In this document: in pieces, positions 1-7,687 of the stretch
Numbering within the stretch: position 1 is the stretch's first letter
How the letters are laid out: each line of letters opens with the position of its first letter
Source of the DNA: Deltaproteobacteria bacterium
GTDB taxonomy: Bacteria; Myxococcota_A; UBA9160; UBA4427
Assembly: GCA_029261835.1 (NCBI GenBank)
Contig: JAJDAO010000030.1
Coordinates: 21,308-85,307 of the forward strand
Reading direction: 5' to 3'
DNA: 64,000 nt
Made by a program: the position numbers and the translations under genes
Notes under the pieces: generated by a model
Seen by the model: only the letters and a program-made list of their open reading frames with translations
The model's database searches: none
What the model was told of the DNA's origin: nothing

Positions 1-168
1 CAAGAGCTTCAGCCCCTCGAGGCCATCCGCCGCCTGGATGATCTTGTCGAAGATCTCGGCTGGACTGACGACGCGCAGGATGTGCTCCCGATGGGTCGCC
101 GAGTCATCGATCAGTAGAAGCGTGGCCAAGAAATGGGGCCTCCAGTCGCGGCTGCTCCGCGCCACCAT
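1..168 (-). CDS. response regulator receiver domain protein, N-terminal fragment (gene continues past window start)
   Basis: Minus-strand translation from ATG at 168 gives MVARSSRDWRPHFLATLLLIDDSATHREHILRVVSPAEIFDKIIQAADGLEGLKLL with no stop to position 1. The LLLIDDS...AxDGxEGL pattern matches the start of a CheY-like receiver. It is absent from the ORF track because the window edge truncates it. Confidence 0.5.
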   Translation of the reverse strand, partial: MVARSSRDWRPHFLATLLLIDDSATHREHILRVVSPAEIFDKIIQAADGLEGLKLL

Positions 169-757
169 TGATATCGGCGAAACGGTCGCGAACCTTGGCC
201 ACTAGCGGGCTCCGCTGGAGAATTACACCACTCTCTGTCTCGCGCCTTCGCAATCGGCAATCAGTTGCTGGCTCCCCGCCCAGGGGCCGAGTGTGACGAA
301 AGCCCCACTTCGGCCCAGGCGACCCCCGGACATTTCCGGACGGCTCGCATCTATCCCCCTATTGTGTCACCGGGCAACCCCCGTGAACACCTCGGTGTAG
401 CCTCCCGAGACCCAGCGGGGCAGCCCGCGGCGACCCGGGCCACGAGGTCGGAATACGACACCGGACAACCAAAACGCAGAAGGGCCGGCCGCGTGCTTGG
501 CAGACGCGGCCGACCCCGGAGCGAGGACTGATGACGATGCCATCCCATCGGGAGGACCAGACCCGAGGTGCCTTCAGATTGCGCGGTATGCTGCGGCGCC
601 GCGCTCCCTCCGACACCCGACGGCCAAGGAGCAAACCGTCGCGAGTAGACAGTGAGTCAGTCACCACTCGCGCGGGGCCGGTTCCCTGCTTTCTGCAAGA
701 TCGTGCAGAATCGCCGGCCTTCTCACGGCCCGCTTGGCACGGCAGGAGCCAGGTCGC

Positions 758-838
758 TGGCGGGGCGGACGGGGTTCGAACCCGCAGCCAAGGGACCCAA
801 GACGCGTTCTAGGGCCTCTAGAGGCCCGAAACAGCCCC
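758..838 (-). other. tRNA-like element / degenerate tRNA-Asp copy (acceptor stem, T-arm and CCA kept; D and anticodon arms replaced)
   Basis: Minus-strand read: GGGGCTGTT-TCGGGCCTCTAGAGGCCCTAGA-ACGCGTCTTGGGTCCCTTGGCT-GCGGGTTCGAACCCCGT-CCGCCCC-G-CCA. The 3' 31 nt match the tRNA-Asp at 2476-2552 apart from 2-3 substitutions. The 5' GGGGCTG pairs 6/7 with the 3' strand. The interior is a palindromic hairpin (GGGCCTCTAGAGGCCC) plus an unpaired stretch, and I could not fold any anticodon arm. Confidence 0.45.
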
Positions 839-990
839 AAGGATGCCGCCCACCGCCCACGCCGCGCGTGGACAGGATTGTCATAAGAGGAGAGAGGGGA
901 CGCCCCCCTGGTGACCTGCCCCCCGGCAACTGGGAAGGGTCCGGACGCGCTCCGCGATCTGGTCGAGAGCGCTGAGGCGGGATCGGGGGC

Positions 991-2070
991 TCAGTAGGGC
1001 AGCCAGTCGCGAATCGCTTCGGCCGCGTAGCGGTTCGCTCGCTCGTTCGGGTGGGCGTCGAAGGGGCTCACCACGAGGCCCTCCTGGGCGTGGGGTTGGA
1101 GCACGGGAAGCAGATCGAGCACCGGGATCTCGGCCCCCCGGCAGAAGTCGCCGATCTTGGCGTGCGCATGCCCGAAGGAGTAGTCGCCATCCAGGTCGTG
1201 CAGAAACGGGAAGATTACGATCCGGAATTCGCAGCCGTTGTCCGAGCAGAGCTTCTTCAGATCGCGAAGCTTTGCCTGCATCGCGACCCACGGCTCGCCC
1301 GAGTAGTACTCGCGAACAAAGTCGTAGTATTTCTGCAGCTGCGGCAGGCGAGCCTGCCGCAGCCGGAAGTAGATCAGATTGAAGAAGTAGCTGTCGCGGA
1401 ACAGGAAGAAGTCGGGACGGGTCCGCTCGATCTTGGAAAACTGAGTGCCGAAGTCGGAATGGAACGACTCGATGTCGTTCAAGTTGAGCGCGAAGACGAC
1501 AACGTCGACGCGTACGCCCGCCTCGAACACCACCTTCAGCCAGGCTTCACCCCAGAACAGATCGGCGCCCGGTCTGCTGAGATTCGTGACGACGAAGCCG
1601 CCGGGTGATTCGGCGGCGAGCTGACTTCCGACGAGGTTGCTGAATCGGTCGGCCGAATAATTGATGCCGTGGCCGTAGGTGAAGCTGTCTCCGAGAAAGC
1701 TGATGTGCTTGGCGCCGTCCGGAATCACCTTCGGAAAGGGGCGATCGTCCCGATAGGCGATCGCTTCCCCTGATCCCCACTGGACCCACTTCTCCTCGCG
1801 CCCCGCGTACTTGCGGTACCACTTTCGCGAGACGTTCGACATGCTGAAGGAGTCGGTGCGGTCGTAGCCGATGGCAAAGCCGAGCTCGGTCAGCGTGAAT
1901 ACGGTCAGCAGCAGCCACAGCGAAAGGCCCGCGTTGGCGAGTGTCATACGACCGTTCTTCTCTCGGCCGCTGCGACGGATCATGAGCAGCATCCGCACCG
2001 CAAGAGCGAGCCCAAGACACCACGCCGCCATGCCGATCACGTACTCGCTCGTCAGTCCGAACACGGTCAT
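991..2070 (-). CDS. membrane-anchored SGNH/GDSL-family hydrolase
   Basis: 359-aa ORF with N-terminal hydrophobic helices. It has the block I motif FLGDSFTYGHG (GDS nucleophile) and the C-terminal block V motif FDAHPN (DxxH). Confidence 0.8.
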   Translation of the reverse strand: MTVFGLTSEYVIGMAAWCLGLALAVRMLLMIRRSGREKNGRMTLANAGLSLWLLLTVFTLTELGFAIGYDRTDSFSMSNVSRKWYRKYAGREEKWVQWGSGEAIAYRDDRPFPKVIPDGAKHISFLGDSFTYGHGINYSADRFSNLVGSQLAAESPGGFVVTNLSRPGADLFWGEAWLKVVFEAGVRVDVVVFALNLNDIESFHSDFGTQFSKIERTRPDFFLFRDSYFFNLIYFRLRQARLPQLQKYYDFVREYYSGEPWVAMQAKLRDLKKLCSDNGCEFRIVIFPFLHDLDGDYSFGHAHAKIGDFCRGAEIPVLDLLPVLQPHAQEGLVVSPFDAHPNERANRYAAEAIRDWLPY

Positions 2071-2475
2071 GGCGTCTGAGTCTCGAGGTGTGCTGACCGG
2101 CGTTTCGACACGGCGTGAGTTCTCGTCCGGTCGGCTTGCAGGCTATCGGGTGGCGGCCGAGGATCGGGTGAGGTTACCACGAGCGGATCCTCTCCGACCG
2201 GACTGATGAAAGGACATCCAGCCGCAGAAGGGCACACGTGATCTCGCGGCTTGCAGAGGTGCTGTCGATGGCCGCCCTGCAGGAGCGGACACGGCACCGT
2301 GACAGCCGCTCTCTGGCCCATTACACGGTCGGGGCGAGGCCCGATCCGTTGGCCATGGCGCACGCAATTCGGAGTGGGGAAGCTGCTACAACCCGCCCAC
2401 GACCCGCCCACGCCGAGATTGCTCAAGAAAGCGGCACGCTAAGCACCCGGAATGACAGCGCTTTAGAGGACGGGA

Positions 2476-2552
2476 TGGCGGGGCGGACGGGATTTGAACC
2501 CGCAACTTCTGGCGTGACAGGCCAGTGCTCTAACCAGTTGAACTACCGCCCC
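2476..2552 (-). tRNA. tRNA-Asp (anticodon GTC), CCA encoded
   Basis: Minus strand: GGGGCGG TA GTTC AACTGGTTA GAGC A CTGGC CTGTCAC GCCAG AAGTT GCGGG TTCAAAT CCCGT CCGCCCC G CCA. This is a full cloverleaf with anticodon loop CT-GTC-AC. Confidence 0.93.
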
Positions 2553-2861
2553 GCGTATCCGTAGGGCGCAGTTTCTAGCCAACAATCCAGCTCCACGCAA
2601 AGCGCATCTGGCCGCTACCACCTTCGAAGTGGACGAAATGACCGCACTCAGGCCCCCACTCCGTCGGCCGGAATCGACACGCTGGGGAAGCCGATGTCTT
2701 GCGCCCGTCCAACCGAGAGGGTTCAAGAGACCGCTGGCTCTGGGCGAGGCGGCCGAGGTGATCGGGAGGTTCGCGCAGAGGTGTCGGAAGTGTAGAGTCA
2801 AGAAGGTCGACCACGGCGGTGGACACAGCGGCCCACATGCAGCGCGGCGAGAACGAAACCC

Positions 2862-3368
2862 ATGAGCCTCCAAGACCTGGGCAGCCTCGGAGAATTTGTT
2901 GGTGCCGTCGCGGTCGTCTTCTCCCTGCTCTATCTCGCCACACAGATTCGCCAGAATACGCAAGCGGTTCGCGCATCCAGCTACCAGGATGTCGCTCAGG
3001 GCGTTCGCGCATACATGGCACTGCTTGCACAAGACGAAAGACTCGCGCAGATCTACCTGCGAGGCGCGGCGCAATCGGACGAACTCGCTCCCGCGGAGAG
3101 TTTGCAGTTCGAGATGCTCGTCGGTCACTTCTTCGCGAACTTCGATGTGGCAGTCGATCTCTACAAACGGCACATGATCGACGAGAAGATGATGACCCCA
3201 CACACCCGGTTTGCCGTGTCTCTCTTGGGCGAAGCGGGCGTGCGCGATTGGTGGCAACGCTCCCAAGGCTTCTTCAGCGATGACCTTCGCGCCCATATCG
3301 AATCCGCAGGGATATCTGCTGGGCGCTCGGCGACGGAGCTTGCCCAATCGAGCGCTCCTCTCACCTGA
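2862..3368 (+). CDS. hypothetical protein with N-terminal transmembrane helix
   Basis: 168-aa ORF. The N-terminus MSLQDLGSLGEFVGAVAVVFSLLYLATQIRQNT looks like a membrane anchor followed by a helical soluble part. Amino-acid composition is coding-like, unlike the overlapping Arg/Pro-rich frames. No family recognised. Confidence 0.5.
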   Translation: MSLQDLGSLGEFVGAVAVVFSLLYLATQIRQNTQAVRASSYQDVAQGVRAYMALLAQDERLAQIYLRGAAQSDELAPAESLQFEMLVGHFFANFDVAVDLYKRHMIDEKMMTPHTRFAVSLLGEAGVRDWWQRSQGFFSDDLRAHIESAGISAGRSATELAQSSAPLT

Positions 3369-3461
3369 CGCCGCGCGAACGAAGACAACTCTTCGTGGTC
3401 GGGCTACTTTGCCGAACCAGCCCCAAGCGCCGCCGCAAACTCAGAGACGCAATGGAGCCCC

Positions 3462-4367
3462 ATGCCCATCGAAGCCCTCCGAACCCCCGAAGCGCGATTC
3501 GCCATCCTTCCCGCCTTCCCCTACGAGCCGCGCTACGTTGACGACCTGCCGGGCTATGAATCCCTTCGCCTCGGCTACATCGACGAGGGGCCCGCGGACG
3601 CCGAGACCGTCTTTCTCTGCCTCCACGGCGAGCCGAGCTGGAGCTACCTCTACCGCAAGATGATCCCCGTCATCACGGCTGCGGGACACCGTGCGGTCGC
3701 GCCGGATCTCTTGGGCTTTGGTCGCTCGGACAAGCCCGTGGACGACGCGGTCTACACCTTCGACTTCCACCGGGAGAGTCTCAAGCGCTTCATCGAGCGT
3801 CTCGATTTGTCAGGGATCACGCTGGTCTGCCAGGACTGGGGCGGGATACTGGGCCTCACGCTCCCCATGGACATGACGGGACGCTTCACGCGGCTGCTCG
3901 CGATGAACACCGCGATCCCGATCGGCGAGCCGATCTCGCCCGGGTTCGCCCAGTGGAAGGCGTTCTCTGCCGCGGTTTCCGAGATCCCGACGGGCGGGCT
4001 CATCGCCACAGACGCACGCGAAGCCGTGAACCTACTCGACGTCCTTGCGTACGACGCACCTTTCCCCGACAACCGCTACAAGGCAGGCGTGCGGCGTTTC
4101 CCCCAGCTCGTCCCGGCGGAGCCGGGCATGGACGGAATCGAGCACGGAAAGCGCGCGCGCAAGTTCTGGTCGAACGATTGGAGCGGCGAGACCTTCATGG
4201 CCGTCGGCATGAGGGACGGGGTCCTCGGCCAACCCGTCATGGAAGAGCTCCGGAGCCAGATCCGCGGCTGCCCCGAGCCGATGCAGATCGAAGACGCCGG
4301 GCACTTCGTTCAGGAATACGGCGAGCCCATCGCGCGACGCGCGCTAGAGCACTTCAAACTGGCTTGA
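3462..4367 (+). CDS. haloalkane dehalogenase (alpha/beta hydrolase, HLD-I-like)
   Basis: 301 aa with HGEPSWSYLYRKMIP, APDLLGFGRSDKP, the nucleophile elbow VCQDWGG (Asp-Trp) and the C-terminal EDAGHFVQE (catalytic His). This pattern is typical of DhlA/DhmA-type haloalkane dehalogenases. Confidence 0.85.
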   Translation: MPIEALRTPEARFAILPAFPYEPRYVDDLPGYESLRLGYIDEGPADAETVFLCLHGEPSWSYLYRKMIPVITAAGHRAVAPDLLGFGRSDKPVDDAVYTFDFHRESLKRFIERLDLSGITLVCQDWGGILGLTLPMDMTGRFTRLLAMNTAIPIGEPISPGFAQWKAFSAAVSEIPTGGLIATDAREAVNLLDVLAYDAPFPDNRYKAGVRRFPQLVPAEPGMDGIEHGKRARKFWSNDWSGETFMAVGMRDGVLGQPVMEELRSQIRGCPEPMQIEDAGHFVQEYGEPIARRALEHFKLA

Positions 4368-4386
4368 TCTGGGACTCGGGGTCGTC

Positions 4387-6228
4387 TCAACGAACTCTGA
4401 AAGACTTTCTCAAAATTGTGTAGAAGTCTCCCTGGTAGGCGATCTCGTATTCGGCCTCGCGCAATCGGGTCAGGACGGGATCCGAGACGGGCGGAGTGAC
4501 GTTTCTCGCCCGAAGCCGCTCGGGGATCGCCTTCATCACGATGGCAAGATCCGGAAGCCGGCCGGCGTCGGCCAACGGCGCCGCGTAGATGGGGCGGACA
4601 GCCCGGTTGCCCTGCATGGACGGATTGGAGGGGAACATCCACAGGGCCGCGGTACTCGGCCGCAGATCGCTGAAGAGGTAGCCGGCGGGGAAGTAATCGA
4701 AGAAGAGAACCGTCTCGTTGTCGGCACGCATGCCTGCCAGCACGAGATCGAGCTCGCCTATGAAACGACTTCGGGCCGGCGTGGTGTGCAGCCCTGCATA
4801 GGGGCCCCGTTCAATGCGCACGCTCAGCTCTCCGATGGGATTGTCTCGGTAGACCCCGGCGTGCAGTTGCAGAACCTCGAATACCAATATGCTCGCCGCG
4901 AAGGCCAGGGCCGCGGCCTCAAAGCTCTGGGCGCTGTAGCCCTCTGCGAGCCGGTCAGTCGCTTCTCGCGGCTTGCGCGGATAAGCACGAGTGAGCAGGC
5001 CGAGTCCCACCAGTGCGGCGGGTGCGAGGCCCAGTGCACCGTTGCGCAGGCCATTCGCGCTTGACCACAGGATCGTCGCACCCGCGAACAGAGACGCCAG
5101 ACCGATGATCGCGAGCGGTGAGCCGTGGCCGGTGCGGTGCGCCGGACCGCCGGGGCGGATCGCCGCCACAGCGGCGATACCCAGGCCCGAGATCAAGAAG
5201 GTGGTGGTGGTGAAGGGTTCCGTGTGCGGAACGTAGAGCCACGAGGCGGCCATCACGCCCGGCCCTGCAAGAACCGAGACGAGCGCCAGAGTCCTCGGGT
5301 TCCGGATGCGGGCGAAGGCCAGCGCGGCCGCGGCCAAGATTGCGGCCAGGGCCAAGAGGAAGACGGCTTCCCTCTTGAATTCGAACAACAGCGCTGCGGT
5401 CTTCTCGACTCCACCGCCCTGCGTCCCGACCAGAGCGTTCAGCTCGATCATGCGCGGTAGGTTCGTAACGGCGTCGTAGCGAAGAGCCACAATGACGATC
5501 GCCACCAGCCACACGGCGGCGGCGCACAGCACCGGTGTCACGATCCAGACCAGTCCGGCACCCGGATTGGAGCGCCTGAAGAGCCAGACGCCCGCCGCGC
5601 AGGATGCAATGGCCACGAGGGCGAGGGGTGGATAGGCGATAGCAGCGGTCGCCAAGGCAAAGGTGCCGCAGAAGAGGTCGATCCTGGGTCGGCGCGAGGA
5701 AGCGCCAAAGGCGACGAGGAGAAGTCCCGCCAACAGGCCGAACTCGGCGATGGTGTTGTAGCTGAGAGCCGGAATGCAGAACGGAATCCAGGCCAGGAGA
5801 ACGGCCGCAAAGACCGTGGCCCGCGGCCGACCAACCACGCGCCCGAAGCGAGTCGTGACCAGGTAAGCGCACAACAGGGCCACGCCGAAATAGAGGTGGC
5901 GCATGTACAACACGATTCCGTCCGACGAGCCGGCCCAGGCCACACAGGCCTTGACGGCGGGCACCAGCATGAGACCCGCGAATTGATGGATCGCGAGTTC
6001 ATCCTGGAGAGGGCGATGTCCCAGGCTGAAGGCGTAGGGGAGCGCCACGTAGTAGGATTCATCGGTGAAGTCGATGCCGAAGTAGAGTCGGGCATAGACG
6101 GCCAGCGCAGCGATGCCGAAGATGGCAGCCCCGGCCAGACGCAGCGGGCGCTCGCCCGAGTCCCCTACGCTGTCTCCGGCGTGTTGGCGCACGCTTCCAG
6201 CCTCGCACAACAAAGAGCCGCGACGCAA
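4387..6228 (-). CDS. polytopic integral membrane protein, possible GT-C-fold glycosyltransferase
   Basis: 613-aa ORF with at least 10 hydrophobic segments followed by a roughly 170-aa soluble C-terminal domain. The first loop carries FGIDFTDESYY, reminiscent of the acidic DE/DxD loop motif of ArnT/PMT-type GT-C enzymes. The start is uncertain, because the frame stays open upstream as far as the IS element. Confidence 0.6.
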   Translation of the reverse strand: MRRGSLLCEAGSVRQHAGDSVGDSGERPLRLAGAAIFGIAALAVYARLYFGIDFTDESYYVALPYAFSLGHRPLQDELAIHQFAGLMLVPAVKACVAWAGSSDGIVLYMRHLYFGVALLCAYLVTTRFGRVVGRPRATVFAAVLLAWIPFCIPALSYNTIAEFGLLAGLLLVAFGASSRRPRIDLFCGTFALATAAIAYPPLALVAIASCAAGVWLFRRSNPGAGLVWIVTPVLCAAAVWLVAIVIVALRYDAVTNLPRMIELNALVGTQGGGVEKTAALLFEFKREAVFLLALAAILAAAALAFARIRNPRTLALVSVLAGPGVMAASWLYVPHTEPFTTTTFLISGLGIAAVAAIRPGGPAHRTGHGSPLAIIGLASLFAGATILWSSANGLRNGALGLAPAALVGLGLLTRAYPRKPREATDRLAEGYSAQSFEAAALAFAASILVFEVLQLHAGVYRDNPIGELSVRIERGPYAGLHTTPARSRFIGELDLVLAGMRADNETVLFFDYFPAGYLFSDLRPSTAALWMFPSNPSMQGNRAVRPIYAAPLADAGRLPDLAIVMKAIPERLRARNVTPPVSDPVLTRLREAEYEIAYQGDFYTILRKSFRVR

Positions 6229-6454
6229 CGCACGCTCCGCAGCGGGCAGGACGGTCGCATGCCCGCGCGACAGCGCCTCGTCCAGAGTCAGCTCCTTCAG
6301 CGCGCAGTGGAGCGCTTCCTCGGCGAGCTGTTCTCGCGAACGCGCCTCGATCTGGCGGGCGTCGGCCTCGTTCTTGGTGCCGAAGCTTCGCTGGTATCGC
6401 TGGCGGTGAAGTTGAAACTCGATCTGCCCGGGCGGGCTGCCGCCCGCTCTAGAG

Positions 6455-6479
6455 TGTGAAATTTCAGATCCAGTCGGAC
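6455..6479. repeat. IS left terminal inverted repeat
   Basis: TGTGAAATTTCAGATCCAGTCGGAC pairs with the reverse complement of 7426-7450. Confidence 0.8.
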
Positions 6480-6521
6480 ACCCTGTCGAGATGATGACAG
6501 TGAATGACCGAGGGGATCTAG

Positions 6522-7417
6522 ATGACCGGAGATCAACGAGAAATCAGACGTAAGAAGCGAGTTCTCGACTACGCGGAGAAGATCGGCAACATCAACACCA
6601 CATGCCGCCGGTTTGGAATTGCGAGATCGACATTCTATCTCTGGCGTGACCGATACCGAGAGCTCGGCGAAGCCGGGCTCTCGCGTCGCGGGCCGCGTAC
6701 CCACAACTACCCAAACAAGACGCCCGACGAGGTCATCGAGAAGATCCTGCACCTGCGCCGGACGTACCACATGGGTCCGATTCGCATCGCGTGGTATCTA
6801 CAGCGCTATCACGACATCAAGACTTCGGATGCGACCGTGTACTGAGTTTGCAAGCGGCATGGACTCAACCGACTCCCGAACCGGGAGGAAGGCGGGCCGT
6901 TCACACGCATCGATACCAGAAGCAGGTCCCTGGCCATCACGTGCAGGTGGACGTCAAGTTCCTGACTCTAAAGAGGAAACGAGGCGGGCCGGTACGGCGC
7001 TACCAGTACACGGCGATCGACGACGCGACTCGAGTTCGCGCATTGAAGGTCTACAAGCGCCACACCCAGGCCAATGCCATCGACTTCGTCAACTATGTGG
7101 TCAAGAAGTTCCCATTTCGAATACGCACGATCCGAACCGACCGCGGTCACGAGTTCCAAGCGCTCTTCCATTGGCATGTCGCCGACCTGGGGATGGAACA
7201 CGTCTACATCAAGCCGCGCACACCACAGCTGAATGGGAAAGTCGAGAGGTCGCATCGCACCGACAAGGATGAGTTCTATCAGCTGCTCACGTATCGCGAT
7301 GACGTCGATCTCAAGAAGAAACTGGCGGCCTGGGAGCGCTTCTACAACTACGACCGACCACATGGGGCGCACAGCGGGAAGACGCCCTACGAAGCTCTGC
7401 GGGAGAAGCTAAGCTGA
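6522..7417 (+). pseudogene. IS481-family DDE transposase, disrupted by an in-frame TGA and a -1 frameshift
   Basis: The N-terminal HTH part (CRRFGIARSTFYLWRDRYRELGEAGL...IRIAWYLQRYH...DATVY) stops at TGA 6843-6845. The same frame then continues with VCKRHGLNRLP, which is conserved IS481 sequence. The catalytic part (HRYQKQVPGHHVQVDVKFL...YQYTAIDDATR...TDRGHEF...PQLNGKVERSHRT) lies in the -1 frame from about 6881-6900 onward. Confidence 0.8.
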
Positions 7418-7425
7418 CTACAGAC

Positions 7426-7450
7426 GTCCGACTGGATGCGTCATATCACA
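7426..7450. repeat. IS right terminal inverted repeat
   Basis: GTCCGACTGGATGCGTCATATCACA. The inner 12 nt are a perfect reverse complement of 6468-6479. Confidence 0.8.
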
Positions 7451-7594
7451 ATCTACGACCTCGAAGACCAGCGCCGCCGTGACCGTGCCACTCGAGGGCT
7501 CGAGGATTTGGTCGGTCAGAGCCTTCGGAGTCAAGCCGGAGCCAAGGACGAAGACTCCTCTAACGCAACTGAGGGCCACGAGAGGGCGAAATAG

Positions 7595-7671
7595 TGGTGG
7601 GCGTGGACGGACTCGAACCGCCGACCCTCTCGGTGTAAACGAGATGCTCTAGCCAACTGAGCTACACGCCC
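7595..7671 (-). tRNA. tRNA-Val (anticodon TAC), CCA encoded
   Basis: Minus strand: GGGCGTG TA GCTC AGTTGGCTA GAGC A TCTCG TTTACAC CGAGA GGGTC GGCGG TTCGAGT CCGTC CACGCCC A CCA. Confidence 0.93.
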
Positions 7672-7687
7672 CGAACGAACGGCCGGC

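Larger units (their letters stand above)
6455..7450 (+). mobile_element. IS481-family insertion sequence (defective)
   Basis: 996-bp unit bounded by imperfect 25-bp terminal inverted repeats: TGTGAAATTTCAGATCCAGTCGGAC at 6455-6479, and the reverse complement of 7426-7450, TGTGATATGACGCATCCAGTCGGAC (20/25 identical). It encloses a DDE transposase reading frame and has lower GC than its surroundings. Confidence 0.85.

Noticed and set aside
169-757. Roughly 590-nt ORF-free, GC-rich stretch, checked for RNase P RNA, SRP RNA or another large ncRNA.
   Set aside because: There is only a weak resemblance (CCGGAAATGTCCGGGGG versus the RNase P GGAAAGTCCGGGC). The 3' ACAGAACCCGGCTTA box is absent. No SRP GGAAGCAGCC motif is present. 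It cannot be called without covariance models.
758-1000. Possibility that the tRNA-like 3' end at 758-790 is the end of a tmRNA (ssrA), in standard or permuted form.
   Set aside because: The discriminator is G with a CCGCCCC 3' strand (tRNA-Asp-like, no G3:U70 alanine identity pair). The matching 5' strand is only 81 nt upstream. I found no tag-like ORF ending in ...AA-stop, and no GGGGCGG-type 5' strand downstream of the CCA for a permuted gene. The SGNH gene leaves less than 235 nt.
6446-7460. Search for a target-site duplication flanking the IS481-family element.
   Set aside because: The left flank ...GCTCTAGAG and the right flank ATCTACGAC share only a TAGA-like extension of the inverted repeats. 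No direct repeat of 4-9 bp could be identified.
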